Source: an uncultured Acidobacteriota bacterium (GTDB lineage Bacteria > Acidobacteriota > Thermoanaerobaculia > Gp7-AA8). From it: a DNA stretch of 64,000 bases. Below the pieces are notes generated by a model. The model was not told the origin of the DNA. It was given only the letters and a program-made list of their open reading frames with translations, and made no database searches. How positions within the stretch are numbered: the first letter of the stretch is position 1; the number at the start of each line of letters is the position of its first letter. The position numbers were made by a program, and so were the translations under genes. This document shows, piece by piece, positions 9,091 through 19,752 of this stretch. The stretch spans positions 1,664,001 through 1,728,000 of the forward strand of contig CAWGHO010000002.1 of assembly GCA_963822445.1 (NCBI GenBank), read 5' to 3'.

Positions 9091-10172
9091 TCGACGCCCC
9101 TGGCCGCGGCGAGATCCGCCAGTGACGGCCCGATCGCGCCGAGCGACAGAATGCGTTGCGCCGCCTTCAGGCGCACGGCCTCGCCAGGCATGCCGAATAC
9201 GACCGAGCTTTGTTCATCCTGCGCGATCGTCAGTCCGCCCGCCTCGTGTATGCGCAGAAGGCCGGCCGCGCCGTCGCGTCCCATCCCGGTCAACAGACAG
9301 GCCGCGGTCCGCTTGGCGTGCTCGCGCGCGAGCGATTCGAAGAGAACGTCCACCGACGGACGGGAGAAGTTTCGCTCCGGTCCGGTCGACAGCCGCAGCA
9401 CGCCGCGCTCGAGGGTCATGTGATAGTCGGGCGGAGCCATCGTGACGCGCCCACGCACGCTGGACAGGGCTTCACCCCCTTTGGCGTAGGTCACGCGAAG
9501 ATCCGACTGTCCATCCAGCCATTCCGCGAAGGAGACGGCGAACGTCGCAGCGATGTGCAGCACCAGCAGAATCGGCAGCGGAAAATCGGGCGGAAGCGAC
9601 CGAAGGATGTCGACGATGGCCGCCGGACCGCCGGTCGATGCGCCGATCGCCACGAGGTCGATGCCGTTCGTGTGGTGCAGGCCTCCGGCCTGCGTTTCAG
9701 CTTTGGTTACGGAGGCAGGCCGGAGGCCTACACCCCACCGGGCGAGTTTCGCGCGGGGGTGGGTGATGACTTTGATCTTCGAGATCAGGCGGACCGTCGA
9801 CACCAGGCGGCTGGCCCATTCGTCGGTGTTCTGATCGGCTTTCGGTTTGTCGAGGACGTCGACGGCGCCGGCGGCCAGTGCCTCGTACGTCTTGAACAGC
9901 TCGCCCCTGTTCGTCGACGACGAGACGACGAGGATCGGGGTCGGGAAGTGAGCCATGATGTATTCGGTCGCCGCCAGGCCGCTCATGACCGGAAGCATCA
10001 TGTCCAGGGTGATGACGTCGGGCCGCAGCTCTCCGCAGAGATGGATCGCGCTGCTGCCGTCGTGCGCTTCGCCGACGACTTCGATGTCCGGCGCGGCGCG
10101 AAGCACATCGATCAGGTACTGCCGTACCGTCAGCGAGTCCTCGACCACGACCACCCGGATCTTTCCGCTCAT
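9087..10172 (-). CDS. cheB: Chemosensory methylesterase (REC + CheB)
   Basis: N-terminal REC; GASTGG, RPSVDVLF and TGMGRDG motifs. Confidence 0.95.
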   Translation of the reverse strand: MSGKIRVVVVEDSLTVRQYLIDVLRAAPDIEVVGEAHDGSSAIHLCGELRPDVITLDMMLPVMSGLAATEYIMAHFPTPILVVSSSTNRGELFKTYEALAAGAVDVLDKPKADQNTDEWASRLVSTVRLISKIKVITHPRAKLARWGVGLRPASVTKAETQAGGLHHTNGIDLVAIGASTGGPAAIVDILRSLPPDFPLPILLVLHIAATFAVSFAEWLDGQSDLRVTYAKGGEALSSVRGRVTMAPPDYHMTLERGVLRLSTGPERNFSRPSVDVLFESLAREHAKRTAACLLTGMGRDGAAGLLRIHEAGGLTIAQDEQSSVVFGMPGEAVRLKAAQRILSLGAIGPSLADLAAARGVE

Positions 10173-12229
10173 GCGACCAGTTTCCGAATCGTCTCCAGCA
10201 ACTCGTTCTGATCGAAGTCGCTCTTGACGATGTAGGCGCTCGCGCCGGCATCGGCGCCGCGGCGGCGGTCTTCCGGTGCGTTCCGCGACGTGACCAGGAT
10301 TGCCGGCACCCGCCGCAGGTTGGCGTCGGCGCGCGTGCGCTCGACGAACGTGAAGCCGTCCATTCCGGGCATTTCGACATCGACGAGGAACAGCGAGTAC
10401 TCGTGACGCCGGGCCATGTCCAGGCCCTCTTCCGCCGACGCGGCGAGATGAACTTCGTAGCCGGCCGACTCCAGGATGCTCTGTTCGAGCATTCTCGTGG
10501 TGAGCGAGTCGTCGATGACCAGGATCGGTTGCGCCACGTGCGTCGCCTCGCGAGCCGTTGCCGTTTCGCCGCCCATGGCTGCGCGCACGAGCGCATCGGG
10601 ATCGAGGACGAGCTGCGGCGTTCCCTCCGTATCGAAGGCGGCGCCGATCACGACCGGCGCGGCCGGCGCGGTGGGCGGCAGCGGGCGCATGACCAGGTCT
10701 TCGATGCCGAGGATCCGCTCGACCGCCACGGCTGCCACGCCGCTGACCGCCGACAAAGTCACGGCTGAGACGCCGCCGGCCGCGCTCCGACCGTGCGACC
10801 GCGGATCGCGCAGCCCGAGAGGAGCGGACAGCGAAATGAACGGCAGCAGCGCACCGCCGTACAGGAGTGCCGGACCTTTCGAAGTCTGCGCGAGCTCATT
10901 CTTCTCCGTGCGCCGCGCCTGAAGAATCGACGCGACCGGGATTGCCGCCGTGACGCCGGACGTCTGCACCAGGAGCGCCTGCAGGGACGCCAGCGACACC
11001 GGAACGATCAGATCGACCGTGGTGCCCTGGCCCGGTTGCGTGTGAACCGCGATCTCGCCACCAGCGAGCGCCACGGCCTCGCGCACGACATCGAGTCCGA
11101 TTCCGCGTCCGGAGGCCTGCGTGACCGAGGAGGACGTCGTGACGCCGGTGGTGAAGAGCAACTTCAGGATGGCCTCGCCGCTGAGTGGCGCTGTACCCGG
11201 CGGCAACAGGCCGCGCTGTACGGCGACGTGCCGAACGGCGGCCACGTCGACGCCGCGGCCGTCGTCGCGGCAGCGGAAGATCACGCGCTTGTCCTGGTGC
11301 AGGACCTCGATGGTGACCGTTCCATGCGGCGATTTCCCGGCGCCCCGCCGTTCGACGGGCGTCTCGATTCCGTGCGCGACCGCATTGCGCACCAACTGCA
11401 CCATCGCCGGTTGCAAGGTCCCGAGAACATCTGCATCGACGCGGATGTCGCCGCCGCTCGCGTCGAACTCGACCTTCCTCCCCTGACTGCGCGCGACGTC
11501 GCGGGCGGTGCGCTCCAGCACCGAAAACAGCGTTCGAGCCGGCACGAGGCGCAATCGCTCGGCCACCGCCTTCGCCTGTCGCAGCTCGCGCTCGGTCGTT
11601 TCGAAGGCGCTGGCGAACCGGCGCTCGATTTCCGCCAGCGATGTGCGCAGTTCCTCGGCCATGCGCATGACTTTCGCGGTCGGCTCACCGCTGCGCGACG
11701 TCCGTGCCCGCGGCGCCGTGAACTGGCCGGCCAGCAGCTCCGCGATCTTGCGGGCATGCTCCAGATCGACGAGCGAGCGATGAATGCCGCCGAGATGCAC
11801 CCCGATCTCGGTGAGACTGTCGATGACGAGGTCGACCTCGCCGACCTCCGTGCGCACGGTGCGCAACCCCTCGCCCGGGCTCTCCCGGCGCGACGCGGTG
11901 ACCGGAGGAGCTTCAGGAGGCGGGAGAGCGGCTACTCGCGTGCCGATCCGGGCCAGAAGATCGAGGAGCTGTTGCAGTTCCTCGCCAGTGGCGGCCCGGT
12001 CGGTGCCGCGCAATGGCTCGAGCGCGTCCTCCATCGCGTGCGCGAGGTCGGCGATCTCTCCCTGCTTCACCACGCGCGCCGCCCCCTTGAGCGTATGCGC
12101 GAGGCGAAGCAGCGCGGAGACGTGCTCGCGAGCCGGCGCGCCTTTCTCCAGCGCCGTCACTTCCATTCCGATCCTTTCGACGATCTCTCGTGCTTCGGGC
12201 CGGAAGTAGCGATACGGGTCGTCTGCCAT
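10169..12229 (-). CDS. cheA: Hybrid CheA kinase with C-terminal REC (WspE/FrzE-like)
   Basis: Hpt AHTLKG; RNAVAHGIE, DDGRG, SGRGIGLDVV; CheW domain; C-terminal REC. Confidence 0.95.
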   Translation of the reverse strand: MADDPYRYFRPEAREIVERIGMEVTALEKGAPAREHVSALLRLAHTLKGAARVVKQGEIADLAHAMEDALEPLRGTDRAATGEELQQLLDLLARIGTRVAALPPPEAPPVTASRRESPGEGLRTVRTEVGEVDLVIDSLTEIGVHLGGIHRSLVDLEHARKIAELLAGQFTAPRARTSRSGEPTAKVMRMAEELRTSLAEIERRFASAFETTERELRQAKAVAERLRLVPARTLFSVLERTARDVARSQGRKVEFDASGGDIRVDADVLGTLQPAMVQLVRNAVAHGIETPVERRGAGKSPHGTVTIEVLHQDKRVIFRCRDDGRGVDVAAVRHVAVQRGLLPPGTAPLSGEAILKLLFTTGVTTSSSVTQASGRGIGLDVVREAVALAGGEIAVHTQPGQGTTVDLIVPVSLASLQALLVQTSGVTAAIPVASILQARRTEKNELAQTSKGPALLYGGALLPFISLSAPLGLRDPRSHGRSAAGGVSAVTLSAVSGVAAVAVERILGIEDLVMRPLPPTAPAAPVVIGAAFDTEGTPQLVLDPDALVRAAMGGETATAREATHVAQPILVIDDSLTTRMLEQSILESAGYEVHLAASAEEGLDMARRHEYSLFLVDVEMPGMDGFTFVERTRADANLRRVPAILVTSRNAPEDRRRGADAGASAYIVKSDFDQNELLETIRKLVA

Positions 12230-12232
12230 GGT

Positions 12233-13702
12233 TCATGCCGCTTTCTGCGGCTGGACCAGACGCAGCAGCCCGTGCGACAGCTGCGCGAGTTGCGCCGCGG
12301 TCTGAAGCGTCTGAATCGACGTCGTCTCCGTCTCGCGTGTGACCTGGGTCATGTTGCCGATGGCCAGGTTCACCTGCTCGACGGCCGTGGTCTGCTGCTT
12401 GGTGCTCAGCTCGATCTCGCGAGCCGCCTCGGTGGTCGTCGTCACCAGGTCGGCGATCTCTTTGAACGTGCTCGCGACGTCGGCGAACTGGCGCGTTCCG
12501 GCATCGACCGCCTTCGAGCCACTTTCGGTCGCCATCACGGTGGTGTTGACGGCGCCGCGCACGTCGTCGATCAGGGCGCGGATCTCCTTGGTCGACCCGC
12601 CGACGCGGTCGGCCAGCTTGCGAATCTCGTCGGCGACCACGCCGAAGCGCTTGCCGGTTTCGCCGGCGCCGGCGGCCTCGATGGTCGCATTGATCGCGAG
12701 GATGTTCGTCTGCTCGGCCAGCTCCGAAACGATGTCGAGCACGGCTCCGATCTGTTGCGACTTCCGGCCGAGGTCGAGCATGTGCTGCACCACGACGTCG
12801 ATCTGCCGGCGAATGCCTTCCAGCGACTCGTAAGTACGGGCCACCTTGTCCTCTCCGACGCGCGCGGTGCCGGCCGTTCGTTCGGCGACGTCTGCGACGC
12901 GTTGGGCGCTTTCGGCGATCTGGCGGGAAGTGGCGAGCAGCTCGCTGATGGTCGTCGAGATCTCGTTCATGGCCGTGGCGTGCTCCCGCGCGCCGGTGGC
13001 CTGCTCGTTCGCAGCGGTCTGCAGCTGCGCGGAGGAGCTCTGCACTTCGCTGACGGTCGATCCGATGTGTGCAGCGATGTTCCGGGTCAGCAGGTAGCCG
13101 ATCAGAGCGGCCATGGCGATGGCGGTCGCGGAGAAGATCACCACGATCCATGTCGCCGACCGCGCGCGCTCGCTCGAGTGGCGCCGGGCCTCCTCCAGGA
13201 CGCGCTCCTCATGATCGAGCATCGCCCCGATCTCCGCATCGAGGGCATTGCGCAGGGGAACCACTGTATTTTCGAATGCCCGCGACGCTTCCACGGCCGA
13301 AATGCCGCCGCGCCGCTGTTCGATGACGCGAGACAGCGATTCGCGGTGAGCCCGCTCGGCACGCACGACGGACTCGAGCAACTGCCGCTCGCGGTCGGTC
13401 TCGAGCGAGCCGCGGAGTTGCGCGGCGATGGCGTCGAATTCGCCCCTCGCCGAGCCGAGACTCGTCAGAAACGCGTCGTTTCCCGTGAGCAGGTAGCCGC
13501 GGCCAGCGGCCGACTTGCTCTCGGTGTTCGTCTTCAGCCGCTGGGTGTCCAGCAGGAGGTGCGAATTGACTCGGATCACTTCGTCCTTCGCCGCCACGAC
13601 GTGGCGCAGAGCGAGAACGGAGACGACTCCGATGATCAGGGCGACGGCGACGACCGCCGCCAGTCCTGCTGCCAGTCTGCGACCGAATGTCCAGTTCTTC
13701 AT
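12233..13702 (-). CDS. Methyl-accepting chemotaxis protein (2 TM, helical extracytoplasmic sensor)
   Basis: [37 protein letters not shown] signature; start at MKNWTFGRR. Confidence 0.95.
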   Translation of the reverse strand: MKNWTFGRRLAAGLAAVVAVALIIGVVSVLALRHVVAAKDEVIRVNSHLLLDTQRLKTNTESKSAAGRGYLLTGNDAFLTSLGSARGEFDAIAAQLRGSLETDRERQLLESVVRAERAHRESLSRVIEQRRGGISAVEASRAFENTVVPLRNALDAEIGAMLDHEERVLEEARRHSSERARSATWIVVIFSATAIAMAALIGYLLTRNIAAHIGSTVSEVQSSSAQLQTAANEQATGAREHATAMNEISTTISELLATSRQIAESAQRVADVAERTAGTARVGEDKVARTYESLEGIRRQIDVVVQHMLDLGRKSQQIGAVLDIVSELAEQTNILAINATIEAAGAGETGKRFGVVADEIRKLADRVGGSTKEIRALIDDVRGAVNTTVMATESGSKAVDAGTRQFADVASTFKEIADLVTTTTEAAREIELSTKQQTTAVEQVNLAIGNMTQVTRETETTSIQTLQTAAQLAQLSHGLLRLVQPQKAA

Positions 13703-13703
13703 C

Positions 13704-14201
13704 TCATGTCTCCTTTGGGGCGGGCGTACTCGTTTGCGGAAGCGCCGCGAGCAGGGCGGCAATGCTCAGGATCGAACGGACCACCGCGCCGTCGCGCACG
13801 GCTCCGTCGCCGAAGTTCCCGGTCATGCGGATCTGCGCCTCGAAGTGCTCGAACGCGAGCCCGATCGGCAGCTCGGACGTACCGGCCAGCGCAATCCAGC
13901 GCGGCTCGGATGCCGGCGGGTAGCCGAGCAGGACGGCGACGTCGAAGACGGGAATGATCAGGCTGCGGTAGCCGGCGATGCCGAGAAACGAGGACACGGA
14001 GGACGGCAGCGGCACGATTCGGCGGCCGGCGAGCAGCCCGGTCACCTCTGACAGGCGAAGCGCATGGGGGTGCCCGGCGATCGTCACGGCGATCAGCCTC
14101 TCGCCGTCCGCTCGTTCGCATTCCGGTGGAACGGCGAACGAACGATCGAAGTCGCGACGCAACAGCGCGGCGCGGTCTTCGAGGTGAATGCCGTCATTCA
14201 T
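13704..14201 (-). CDS. cheW: CheW-like adaptor
   Basis: FDRSFA N-terminus; IVPLP...[16 protein letters not shown]. Confidence 0.85.
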   Translation of the reverse strand: MNDGIHLEDRAALLRRDFDRSFAVPPECERADGERLIAVTIAGHPHALRLSEVTGLLAGRRIVPLPSSVSSFLGIAGYRSLIIPVFDVAVLLGYPPASEPRWIALAGTSELPIGLAFEHFEAQIRMTGNFGDGAVRDGAVVRSILSIAALLAALPQTSTPAPKET

Positions 14202-15736
14202 GCCGGACCTCCGCAGAGCGTGAGCTCGGCGCGGCAGAGATCGATCAGCGCCTCGCGGCTGAATCCGCCGCCGAACAGCAGCAGCCGGGAGACGTCTTCA
14301 CGCTCGAGCAGCACCAGCGCCTGGGCGAGATCGCGGCGTGCCGCCGCCCGATCTCCGCTCTTGCGCGCCAGGAGTCCGAGGTGCAGGCGGGGCGCGGCGA
14401 AGCTCGGATCGAGATACGCCGCGGTCTGGTCATGATCGATTGCGGCGGCCGGGTCGCGGGCTCCTTCGCGGCACAGCGCCATCAGATAGTGCGCGCCGGC
14501 GCTGAGCTCGTCGATGGCCAGGATGGTCCGGCAGACCTCCTCCGCCGCCGCGAGATCGCCTCGATGCGCGAGCAGCACCGCACGCAAGGCCAGCACGTCG
14601 GTGTTGCGGTTCGAATCGGGCGGAAGCGCGTCGACGAGGGCGAGCGCGTCGCCGTATCGCTCGTCGCGAAGCAGTTCGAACGCCGGAGCGAGATCCCAGT
14701 ACGCCGCGACGTCCCGTGCAGGTGCGGCGGAAGGTCCCGTTTGCGGTTTTTCCGTCAACGAGCGAATGCGCTCGGCCGAACGCGTGATCGTCTCGACCCA
14801 CGATTCCGCCGACTCGTACATCTTCGACAGGGGTGTCGCGTCTGCTTCGGCAATCTGGCGTATCTCGGGACCAGGCGGCAGCGCCTGCTCTGCTTCGGAC
14901 CGCTTCTGGTAATAAAACGTGTCGTGGGTATGCCGGAGATGAAACTCGCGGGACAGACCGCGCAGCGTCTCCGCGTGACCGAGAAAGAAAAAACCGCCGG
15001 GCAGGAGCGACCGGCAGATCCGGTCGACGACGCGCTGTGCGGCGTGCGGCGTGAAATACATCAGCATGTTTCTGCAGAAGACGATGTCGAACGCCGTGCC
15101 GTCCCAGAACCGCGCGTCATCGTCCGCGACGTTCCGCTCTTCGAACGACACCATCCTGCGGATGCGCTCATCGATCACGAGCTCGCGCCCGCGGGCGGCG
15201 AACCATCGGTCGCGCACAGCGTCGGGCGTTCCGCGCAACGACCACGGCGAATACCGGCCGGCCCGCGCTTTCTCGATCGCGTCCGGGTTTACATCGACGG
15301 CGACGATCCGCACGTCCCAGTCCGTCATCAGCGGAAGAAACTCACGAATGACGATCGCGATCGTGTAGGGCTCTTCGCCGGACGAGCAGCCGATCGAAGC
15401 GACGGTGAGCGTTGGCGCGGGCCGGCGAATACGCATCCTCGCCGGCAGCGCAATCTCGCGTAACGCGCGGAATTGCTCTTCATTACGGAAGAAGTAGCTC
15501 TCCCCGACGGTGAGCTCGCGGGCGAGCTCGCGCCATTCTCCGCCGGCATCGTCACGCACATGCCCGGCCGTTTCCAATGAGGTGACGTAATGGTCCGGCG
15601 TCGTCCGTTTTGCTTCGCTTCGCCGCTGCAGCACGTCGATGACGAAATTCAGTTTGAAAGCATCGAACTGAAGGCCGAAGCGATCGGCGATGACGCGTTG
15701 AAAACGCTGGATGTTCTGCAGTGCGGGAGGCATCAC
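14198..15736 (-). CDS. cheR: CheR methyltransferase with C-terminal TPRs (WspC/FrzF-like)
   Basis: TVGESYFFR, GCSSGEEPY, CRNMLMYF and LGHAE motifs; TPR helices. Confidence 0.95.
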   Translation of the reverse strand: MMPPALQNIQRFQRVIADRFGLQFDAFKLNFVIDVLQRRSEAKRTTPDHYVTSLETAGHVRDDAGGEWRELARELTVGESYFFRNEEQFRALREIALPARMRIRRPAPTLTVASIGCSSGEEPYTIAIVIREFLPLMTDWDVRIVAVDVNPDAIEKARAGRYSPWSLRGTPDAVRDRWFAARGRELVIDERIRRMVSFEERNVADDDARFWDGTAFDIVFCRNMLMYFTPHAAQRVVDRICRSLLPGGFFFLGHAETLRGLSREFHLRHTHDTFYYQKRSEAEQALPPGPEIRQIAEADATPLSKMYESAESWVETITRSAERIRSLTEKPQTGPSAAPARDVAAYWDLAPAFELLRDERYGDALALVDALPPDSNRNTDVLALRAVLLAHRGDLAAAEEVCRTILAIDELSAGAHYLMALCREGARDPAAAIDHDQTAAYLDPSFAAPRLHLGLLARKSGDRAAARRDLAQALVLLEREDVSRLLLFGGGFSREALIDLCRAELTLCGGPA

Positions 15737-16185
15737 GCATCAGCCTCCTGGATCGCGCTCCACAGCTCCTCCGGAATGAGCCGGGTGGATTCGATCACGG
15801 CCAGCAGCTCGCGATCGAGCGTACCGACGGCCGAGATTGCACTGTTGAGCCCTTCGCTCGTAATGACCGGCACCGCCGGCAGCGCTTCGGCTGGAATCGC
15901 ACGCATGGACAGCACCTCGTCGACCGCAAATGCGACGTGGTGGTTTCCGGCACGCAAGAGCACGAATCGCGACGCTGTGCCGATTCGGCCGCCACTCAAT
16001 AGGCGGCCGCCGTCGACAATGGGTGTCGGCAGGCCGCGAATGCATGTAATGCCCAATACGAACTCCGGCGCGGGCGGCAACGGCTCGTAGGGGAGCGGCC
16101 GCATTGTCTCGACGATCCGGTCGGCCGGTAGAGCACAGAAGTGCGTCCCGATGCGGCAGATGAGGTAGAGCGCTGCGCCACTCAA
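15733..16185 (-). CDS. cheW: CheW adaptor
   Basis: ETMRPLP...FVLGITCIRGLPTPIVD, AFAVDEV. Confidence 0.9.
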   Translation of the reverse strand: MSGAALYLICRIGTHFCALPADRIVETMRPLPYEPLPPAPEFVLGITCIRGLPTPIVDGGRLLSGGRIGTASRFVLLRAGNHHVAFAVDEVLSMRAIPAEALPAVPVITSEGLNSAISAVGTLDRELLAVIESTRLIPEELWSAIQEADA

Positions 16186-16420
16186 GCGCCGCAGTTCTCT
16201 TCAAGAAGGCCACCACGGATGCTGCTTCGGCAGGCGGTTCTACGGGTTTATCCGGAGATCTGCGTCGTCAATGACCCGCGTTATCGTGCGTAGAGACGCA
16301 AACGTAACAAGAAGTCCGTCAAAACCCGAATTGTAGGTGGCCGCCGACCAGGCGTACAACGGCCGCGGCCGTACAATCGGCGTGCATGATAAATAATTCT
16401 GTGACGCGCGGCCGACCGCT

Positions 16421-17800
16421 ATGGACGTGGCGCGGCTGATTGACTCCGCCAGGCAGGCCGTCGTCGCGACCGATGCAAACGGAACGCTGACGTACTGGAA
16501 CCGTTTTGCAGAAATGCTTTACGGCTGGAGCGCCGACGAGGTCATGGGACGCCATCTCGTCGAAATGACGTGCGTCGAGGCGGAAAGCCAGCACGCCCGG
16601 CAGATTCTCAGGCGCGTACACGACGGCGCGCCCTGGATCGGTCAACTGCGGGCTCGGCAGCGCAGCGGGCAGGAAATTGGCACGTTCGCGTTGCGCGCCC
16701 CGTTGTTCGAAGAAGGGCGGGTGATCGGGATCTTCGGTGTATCGGTCGAGGCGAGCGCGGTGGCAGACCTGTCGTCTGGAGTTGACCAGCAGCATCGCGA
16801 GGTGCTCTATACGGCACCCGATCCGTTGTTCCGGATCAGTGCAGACGGCCGCTTCCTCGCATACGCCGGACCGGTCGGGTCGCCTTTGCTGCTCCCGCCG
16901 GAGGAATTCACCGGCAGGCTTATGGAGGAAGTGATGCCGGCCGACGTCGCGGCGCGCTGTCGCGAGGCGATCGCGCACGCCCTCGGCGAGCAGACCGTCG
17001 TTACCGTCGAGTACGAGCTGGAAATTGCCGGCGGCATCCACGCCTTCGAGGCGCGCATTGCGCCGGCCGGAACGTCGGAAGTGATCGCCATCGTTCGCGA
17101 CATTACCGAGTCCCGCCGGTTTCAGAACGAGCTTTACGCGCATGTGACGGATCGCACCAGGGAGATTGCCGCGCTTTCGGAGCGGCTTCTGGCGATTCAG
17201 GATGAAGAGCGCCGCAGAATCGGCCGCGAGTTGCATGACGACATCGGACAGATGGTCACGGCGCTGTCGCTGCTGATCGCGGCTGCACGGAAAAGCCCTG
17301 CTGCCGCGGTCGAACAGCTCGTCGAGGCGAATGGACTGGTGTTGCGTCTGCAGGAGCAGGTTCGCGATCTCTCGTTCTCTCTGGCGCGCGGGTTCGGCGG
17401 CAGGCTGTCGGACGCATTACGCGCCCATGCAGCGGCGTTCTCCCACCACGCCGGTCTTCCGATCGACGTGACCGGGGATGCGGTGGAGGGACTCTCCGCC
17501 GACGTGGAGGCGACCGCGTTCAGGATCGTGCAGGAGGCGCTGACGAACGTCATCCGTCATGCCCGCGCCTCCGCTGCCACGGTGGCGGTGAGCACCACCC
17601 CGGAAGTGCTGAGAATCGCCATTTCGGACGACGGCTGCGGGTTCGACCCCACCCGACCGGTCTACGGTCTCGGGCTGGCCGGCATGCGCGAGCGGGCACG
17701 CCTCGCCGGCGGGCGGCTGATCGTCGAGTCCGTTCCCGGCGGCGGGACGACGATCGTGGCCACATTGCCGCGGACGACGCGCGACAAGGCCGCCGACTGA
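16421..17800 (+). CDS. PAS-PAS sensor histidine kinase (HisKA_3/NarX type)
   Basis: YWNRFAE PAS; ERRRIGRELHDDIGQ; QEALTNVIRHA; DDGCGF; GLAGMRER. Confidence 0.92.
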   Translation: MDVARLIDSARQAVVATDANGTLTYWNRFAEMLYGWSADEVMGRHLVEMTCVEAESQHARQILRRVHDGAPWIGQLRARQRSGQEIGTFALRAPLFEEGRVIGIFGVSVEASAVADLSSGVDQQHREVLYTAPDPLFRISADGRFLAYAGPVGSPLLLPPEEFTGRLMEEVMPADVAARCREAIAHALGEQTVVTVEYELEIAGGIHAFEARIAPAGTSEVIAIVRDITESRRFQNELYAHVTDRTREIAALSERLLAIQDEERRRIGRELHDDIGQMVTALSLLIAAARKSPAAAVEQLVEANGLVLRLQEQVRDLSFSLARGFGGRLSDALRAHAAAFSHHAGLPIDVTGDAVEGLSADVEATAFRIVQEALTNVIRHARASAATVAVSTTPEVLRIAISDDGCGFDPTRPVYGLGLAGMRERARLAGGRLIVESVPGGGTTIVATLPRTTRDKAAD

Positions 17801-17817
17801 TCCGGCGTCCGTTCGAC

Positions 17818-18960
17818 CTACGCGACCATCTGCCGCCAATGCGACACCGATTGGGGCCTGCCGAAAAAGTACCCCTGCACGAGCTCGATCCCGAGCTCCG
17901 CGGCGGCGTCGGCGGTGGCGCGCGACTCGATCCCTTCCAATACCGTCGCGCAACCGAAGTCGCGCGCCAGCGCTGAGACGTGTCGGACCAGGCGCAGCTT
18001 GGTCGCGTCCACTTCGAAGCCGGTGCCGAACAGGTTGCTGATCTTGATGAAGGACGGACGGATCGTGGAGATCGTCGCCAGTTTCGAATACGCCGGCCCG
18101 TGATCATCGAGAGCGAATCGGATCCCGCGCCGGCGCAAGGTCTCGAACACCTCGCTGTCGGCGAAGTCGCTTCGCAGCGCGGTTCTCTCAGTGATCTCCA
18201 GAACGATCCGTTCAGGTGCGACGCCCGACGTGGCGGCCGCAGTGAGGACGTCAACGACCAGTGCCGGATCGCTGAACGTCTCCGGATCCACGTTGATGAA
18301 AACGAGCGCGCGCGCCGGAAGGTCGGCCGCGGCATGGATTGCGACCCTCAACGCAGTGCGGTTCAGCTCCGCCGTGCGGCCGCATCGCGCGGCATATTCG
18401 AAGAGTGCCGCGGGACCGGCGGTAGACCATCCTTCGCACACGGGCCGCGTCAACGCCTCGAAGGCAAACGGCACAGCGTTCTCGGATGTCATGCGGATGA
18501 TGGGCTGAAACAGGGCCGACAGATGGGAGTAGCGAAGCAGCTCATCGATCGCCGGCAGGCGCACGACGTCGAATGAACCGCCGCCGTCCGGCCTGCCGAT
18601 GACCCGTTCGAGGTTGCCGAGATCGAACGGTTTGGCCAGCATGGCCGTCGCTCCCGCGATCATCGCGTCGCTTCGCAGGCGATCCGTCGCGCATCCGGTC
18701 ATTGCGGCGATTCTCGCCCGGGGCAGCCTGTCTCGCAGACCTTCGAGAAAACGGAGCCCTTCGAATTTGAACGGCCCGGAGAACTGGATGTCCGTAATCA
18801 CGTCGGTGATAGGGAAATGATCGAGTGCCACGTCTGCCGATTGGGTGTCTTCGCAGACGACGATGGTGCGCCCCTCGCACTCGAGCGCCATCGTCAACGC
18901 GTCGGTGATGTAGCGGTCGTCATCGACCAGCAGGATTGTCTGTCTCATCGGGTTGCTCAT
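17818..18960 (-). CDS. REC-EAL c-di-GMP phosphodiesterase
   Basis: REC, then FQPI, FEALTR, FINV, LEITE, LDDHGPAYS, IKI, EGIE and QGYFFGRP. Confidence 0.88.
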   Translation of the reverse strand: MSNPMRQTILLVDDDRYITDALTMALECEGRTIVVCEDTQSADVALDHFPITDVITDIQFSGPFKFEGLRFLEGLRDRLPRARIAAMTGCATDRLRSDAMIAGATAMLAKPFDLGNLERVIGRPDGGGSFDVVRLPAIDELLRYSHLSALFQPIIRMTSENAVPFAFEALTRPVCEGWSTAGPAALFEYAARCGRTAELNRTALRVAIHAAADLPARALVFINVDPETFSDPALVVDVLTAAATSGVAPERIVLEITERTALRSDFADSEVFETLRRRGIRFALDDHGPAYSKLATISTIRPSFIKISNLFGTGFEVDATKLRLVRHVSALARDFGCATVLEGIESRATADAAAELGIELVQGYFFGRPQSVSHWRQMVA

Positions 18961-19331
18961 GCGGTAAGAGCGAGGGGGTGGTGGGCCTGCGCGGAAAGCT
19001 CGTGAGTCTGTAGATAGAAGTCGACGTCATCCGCGCTGAGCGCATACAGAACGCGATCGCCGCCACGCCCGGCCGCGCTCAGAAACCCGCCGCCGTGCGG
19101 GCCAAGAAGCAGAATGTCGGCAATGAGTGCCGGAATGGACGCGAGCAACTGAAGGAAATCGTTCGCGCTCGCCGAGCGATCGAGAATGATGCGCTCGACG
19201 TCATGACGCGCCACCGCGCCATCGATCAACGCGAGAGACCCGACGAACAGCATCCGCCGGCCCTGCCAGCGCGGCGCGGCTTCAAAGGCGTTCCGGACGA
19301 CCAGTGTGAATCTCCTGGATGAGTGGGTCAT
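18957..19331 (-). CDS. Hypothetical alpha/beta protein (124 aa), coupled to REC-EAL
   Basis: Stop overlaps the REC-EAL start; plausible composition (VERIILDRS, GGDRVLYAL). Confidence 0.6.
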   Translation of the reverse strand: MTHSSRRFTLVVRNAFEAAPRWQGRRMLFVGSLALIDGAVARHDVERIILDRSASANDFLQLLASIPALIADILLLGPHGGGFLSAAGRGGDRVLYALSADDVDFYLQTHELSAQAHHPLALTA

Positions 19332-19338
19332 GCGGGTC

Positions 19339-19461
19339 TCAGAAGGCAAGCTGCAGGGCGAGCGTGACCGCAAAGGACGGCGCGCAGACTGCGAGGAACA
19401 CGCGCCAGCTTTGCCGGCCGCCACGGATGTCAGAGAGAGTGCTCGATAGAAAGTCAGTCAT
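19339..19461 (-). CDS. Small membrane peptide (40 aa)
   Basis: AAGGAG SD 6 nt before ATG; MTDFLSSTLSDIRGGRQSWRVFLAVCAPSFAVTLALQLAF has one C-terminal TM. Confidence 0.5.
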   Translation of the reverse strand: MTDFLSSTLSDIRGGRQSWRVFLAVCAPSFAVTLALQLAF

Positions 19462-19752
19462 TTTTGGCTCCTTGGTGGCCGGTACCAAGTCCAAGGGCCA
19501 GACCACAGAACGGGTTTGGTCGAAATCCATAAGTTTGTTGGACTTAGGACGAAACGCCATGAATCCGAGCCTGTCAAAAAAGGAAACAGCTGTCTGATTT
19601 TCAGACAGGTGCTCGAGGCTCTTTTGGGAGACTCATTCCGGCCAGCCGTAGCGATGTAGGTATTGCCGGAACCACGTGCGGCAAAGGGGGAGATCCGTAC
19701 CGCGGCAGGTATACTGATCTCCCACGGAGCTCCCTCGCAGGCAGGGCGACGT

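Noticed and set aside
10793-13957. 1054-aa plus-strand ORF, and similar long ORFs at 1126-2679, 27505-29004, 41049-42797, 51173-53260 and 58200-59933
   Set aside because: Antisense shadows of well-supported genes, expected from high-GC codon bias; no motifs.
9087-16185. Flagellar chemotaxis operon
   Set aside because: CheA-REC hybrid, CheR-TPR and kinase output, with no flagellar genes, fit a non-flagellar (ACF-type) system.
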